Below are positions 61,105 to 64,000 of a DNA stretch of 64,000 bases, one piece after another. The notes below the pieces were generated by a model, which saw nothing but the letters and a program-made list of their open reading frames with translations, ran no database searches and was not told the origin of the DNA. Position 1 is the first letter of the stretch, and every line of letters begins with the position of its first letter. The stretch covers positions 620,001 through 684,000 of the forward strand of contig NW_025767368.1 of NCBI RefSeq assembly GCF_003918875.1, in the 5' to 3' direction. Source of the DNA: Haliotis rubra. Its lineage: Eukaryota. The translations under genes were made by a program, and so were the position numbers.

Positions 61105-62802
61105 ATGGTCAAGTTCGAGAAAGTCAGGTATGTTTTATATCCTGATCTATTATGCTAATTAATTTACTATTTTCTGTTTAAAACTGAAAACTTAAAAATT
61201 CTTAAGGCATGTAATTTAAATTTTAATATGAAACTGGACATCTCCAGGTCGGGTTAGCCGTGTTATAATTTTAAGGAACTTATCGATGAAGTACCGACAC
61301 ACATTTGCTAAACAGATTTTCCGTGGAGCACCTGTCAAACATTACGAAAGTTTTCTCAGCACCCAAACACTGGTGCAGTTGGTGGGAGTGCAATACGTGA
61401 CGTAATTCCATAATTGAATTCCAGCATGTTACCTCAAATATATTTCACAGACTAGATGTTAATCTAGTTCACGTCTGTAATGTGATGTGGCAGATAGCGC
61501 CAACAAAACCTTCCTTGGGTATGACGAAGTTGATAACCGAGTGCGCAAATTTATTTTTAAAAATTGAAATAAAAAATAGTTTAAATTAATTATTATATAT
61601 ATCACTTTGTTAAACTATTTGGAAACTGTGACCTGATATTTTTACATGCTAATCTCATACATACATATTAGCCTATTCACGACAGAAAAGTGGTTGTTTG
61701 GTGTACAAGCCTTTTTCACGATGACTGAAACATTATTATTAAGTCTTTCTGAGTATTTTATGCCGAAACTTGTAGAATACAACCCTGTCATAATACAGAC
61801 CCTGAAGCAAATATATCCAAGTAAGCCCACACAAATCTAGAAAATGTGGCAAGTCTAGATTTCCACAGCTTCAGAAAATGAAGAAAGTCTCAGGGCTCCT
61901 TTTCATAACATTTTATTTTTTTAACTGTGAACTTTTTTTCTGTAAAATATGTTCATTTCAGAGACTAGTCGTTAGTCTAGTAGAATACTATTATTAAAGT
62001 TTATATATAGCAGATATTTGGTAAAAGAAACTTTATCAAACGATACTAACAAAGCTTATTCTTGACAAGATGCAACTTTAGCTGTTACATTTTATTTGAA
62101 AACAAATATCTTTAGTTAATTTTAAAATATTTTTTTACGGAGGTGTTTAGAAAGCAAAATATTTTTTCACACATAAAATTTGCCTTTTCCTACATGGGCA
62201 TTACAGTTTGATATACAGATAAACAGGCTGTCATAAAAACTCTGAAAAAACAGTATTGAAAGTTTGGCATGACTATTTTTTTTTCTGTTTGAAAATGACT
62301 CCATCCTTTTTCATATCAAAGGACAAGTTAACCTTGTTTCTATAGTATACCACAGACCCCATGAATTACAAAAAACTGGAAAACTACGATGTAAGCTTTG
62401 GATTTGTAAGGTATGAGGATATTCTCTAGGTTGCTCTCTGTTACATTTCAAAAGACAAACAAGACTCTTAAAATATTTTCATTTCAATGTTGTTGTTTAT
62501 ATCCTGAGCCTAGTGTTTCCAATTTTACTTCAGGGAATCTTAGTGTAGCAGTAGCAGTGGTATTTTTGATATTGTTAACTAACGTTGTTATGTTTTTTTA
62601 AAAAATTATTGTTACTGTTGATTTGTTTGCAGGATTACTCAGTTCCAGTACTTCTCCGTGAGTGTAATCGTCATCTTCATCAGTTTCCTCCTCTTCCCCG
62701 TGCGCCGCCGGATGGACACACAGACAGCACTTGTAGGAATGATGCATCTTGGAAGTTGGGCAGCCCAATATGGCGCGCAGTTGTGGGTGACTCTTGTAGC
62801 AG
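61105..62802 (+). CDS. TMEM205: TMEM205-like (DUF4149) membrane protein, exons 1-2; continues beyond the window
   Basis: Exon 61105-61127 (MVKFEKV, phase 2, AG|GTATG) splices in frame to 62633-62802 (RITQFQYFSVSVIVIFISFLLFP...MMHLGSWAAQYGAQLWVTLVAG). The HL......G.Q.WVT.V.G pattern is characteristic of TMEM205. Confidence 0.75.
61781..61979 (-). mobile_element. Diverged copy of the TAG..CTA element with 9-bp TSD
   Basis: Starts TAGACTAACG on -, shares gaaatctagacttgc; TSD gtagaatac (61772-61780, 61980-61988). Confidence 0.75.
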
Positions 62803-63338
62803 GTAGGTCTACTAGTATATTAAAACGGGTGAATGATGCATTAACATTTCGATATCTCGTTCTAAATGCCACAATATCTTTGCAAAACCCATATCGATAC
62901 TGTAGCTAGGTTAGTATGGCCACTCTGCTTATCTCGTATATCGGATAATCTGATATGTTTTCGTGGTCCTTAGAATTTCATGATAAGGAGATTTCTCTGC
63001 TCTCTGTCATGTCTATGGGTTACATTATACTGATGACCATTGCCCAACACGCCGCGATCCGCTGTGCAGGGTTACGTCCCCTAGGTTCTCCAGGAACCTA
63101 GGATTGTATACGGGAATCCCGGTTTATCCCGATTATGGTTCTCGGTTCGTCCGCAACATGCCCGTGTTTGTGTGTGTTTGTGTGTGTCTGTGTGTGTTTG
63201 TGTATTAGTGGTAAACGTCTGGAATAATGTACACAACCGCATTAAACTGTATTCGGTCATTCGCTCCCCCATACGAGATATCAATCACGTTAGGTTTTTG
63301 TTTTTTTGTTTTTTTTGGGGGGGTGTCGTTTAACCTTA

Positions 63339-64000
63339 GGGGAGACCGGGGTCAATTGTAACACTTTTACTTAACACCTTGTAGTTCGATCCCAGACCAC
63401 CGCTCGCAAAGTTAAACGGTACTAACTAGTACAATGGCTTGGCTTTAAACCTCAGTGTCGTTTAAAGTTCACTATCATGTCGTTACAAAGGTATTACGTA
63501 TCAAATGCAATGACTGCAAGTGTTACAATTGACCCCAGCACAGGGCAATTGTAACAGGCGGATGGGGCAATTGTAACAAAGAAGGTTCAAATGTAACAAT
63601 CTGTTTATTTTCCAAATAAAATCAAAATAAAATGTGGAAAGACGTTATCTTGATCAGTTGAGGTGGAAATGGATTAACAATAAACCTTTATCACCACCGA
63701 CATTTAAAATGTTTTTCGTTTAAAATTCATGTATTGGTATGCCCAAAAAATAATACAAAGACTTACTCCAAAAACGTTCACCCGAGGCTAATACTATCAA
63801 CATAAAACTGAAAATGTTCTACTATGATAAACCTAGTAAAGAACTAACATAAAACCTTCATCATAATTTGCTTTATTATCATAACACAAGGGGAAATTAC
63901 ATGGGGGCAATTGTAACACGGTGTTACAATTGCCCCTAATGGCAGTAGCCATATTTCATGTCACGTCACACGTTAACAACCTTGGGCTTCTCAAATATTT
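63339..64000. mobile_element. Second copy of the pogo-like element, inverted, running off the window
   Basis: TA|ggggagaccggggtcaattgtaacac; reverse-complement match to about 44005-44668. Confidence 0.9.

Overview
This is AT-rich, intron-containing animal DNA. The SINE repertoire points to a gastropod mollusc, probably abalone (Haliotis); that assignment is inference. The window holds the last exon of a claudin/PMP22-like tetraspan gene, three tandem 5-exon SLC16 (MCT-family) genes on +, one complete 9-coding-exon SLCO/OATP gene on - (639 aa, all splice phases close), and the promoter plus first two exons of a TMEM205-like gene. The rest is three SINE families, LINE 3' fragments, a decayed Gypsy element, many non-autonomous TIR elements with readable TSDs, 19-, 37- and 60-bp tandem arrays, and two N gaps. 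There is no CRISPR array, true tRNA or rRNA, and I cannot demonstrate a new biological system. The most unusual signal is that two consecutive SLCO introns are filled with tandem copies of their own upstream exon end plus 5' splice site, with an in-frame stop just past each real donor. Also notable are a base-resolved duplication junction, paralog-specific SLC16 lesions, a small TAG..CTA element with 9-bp TSDs, and a 43-bp hairpin that pairs fully on only one strand. All coordinates were counted by hand; repeat edges may be off by a few bases.
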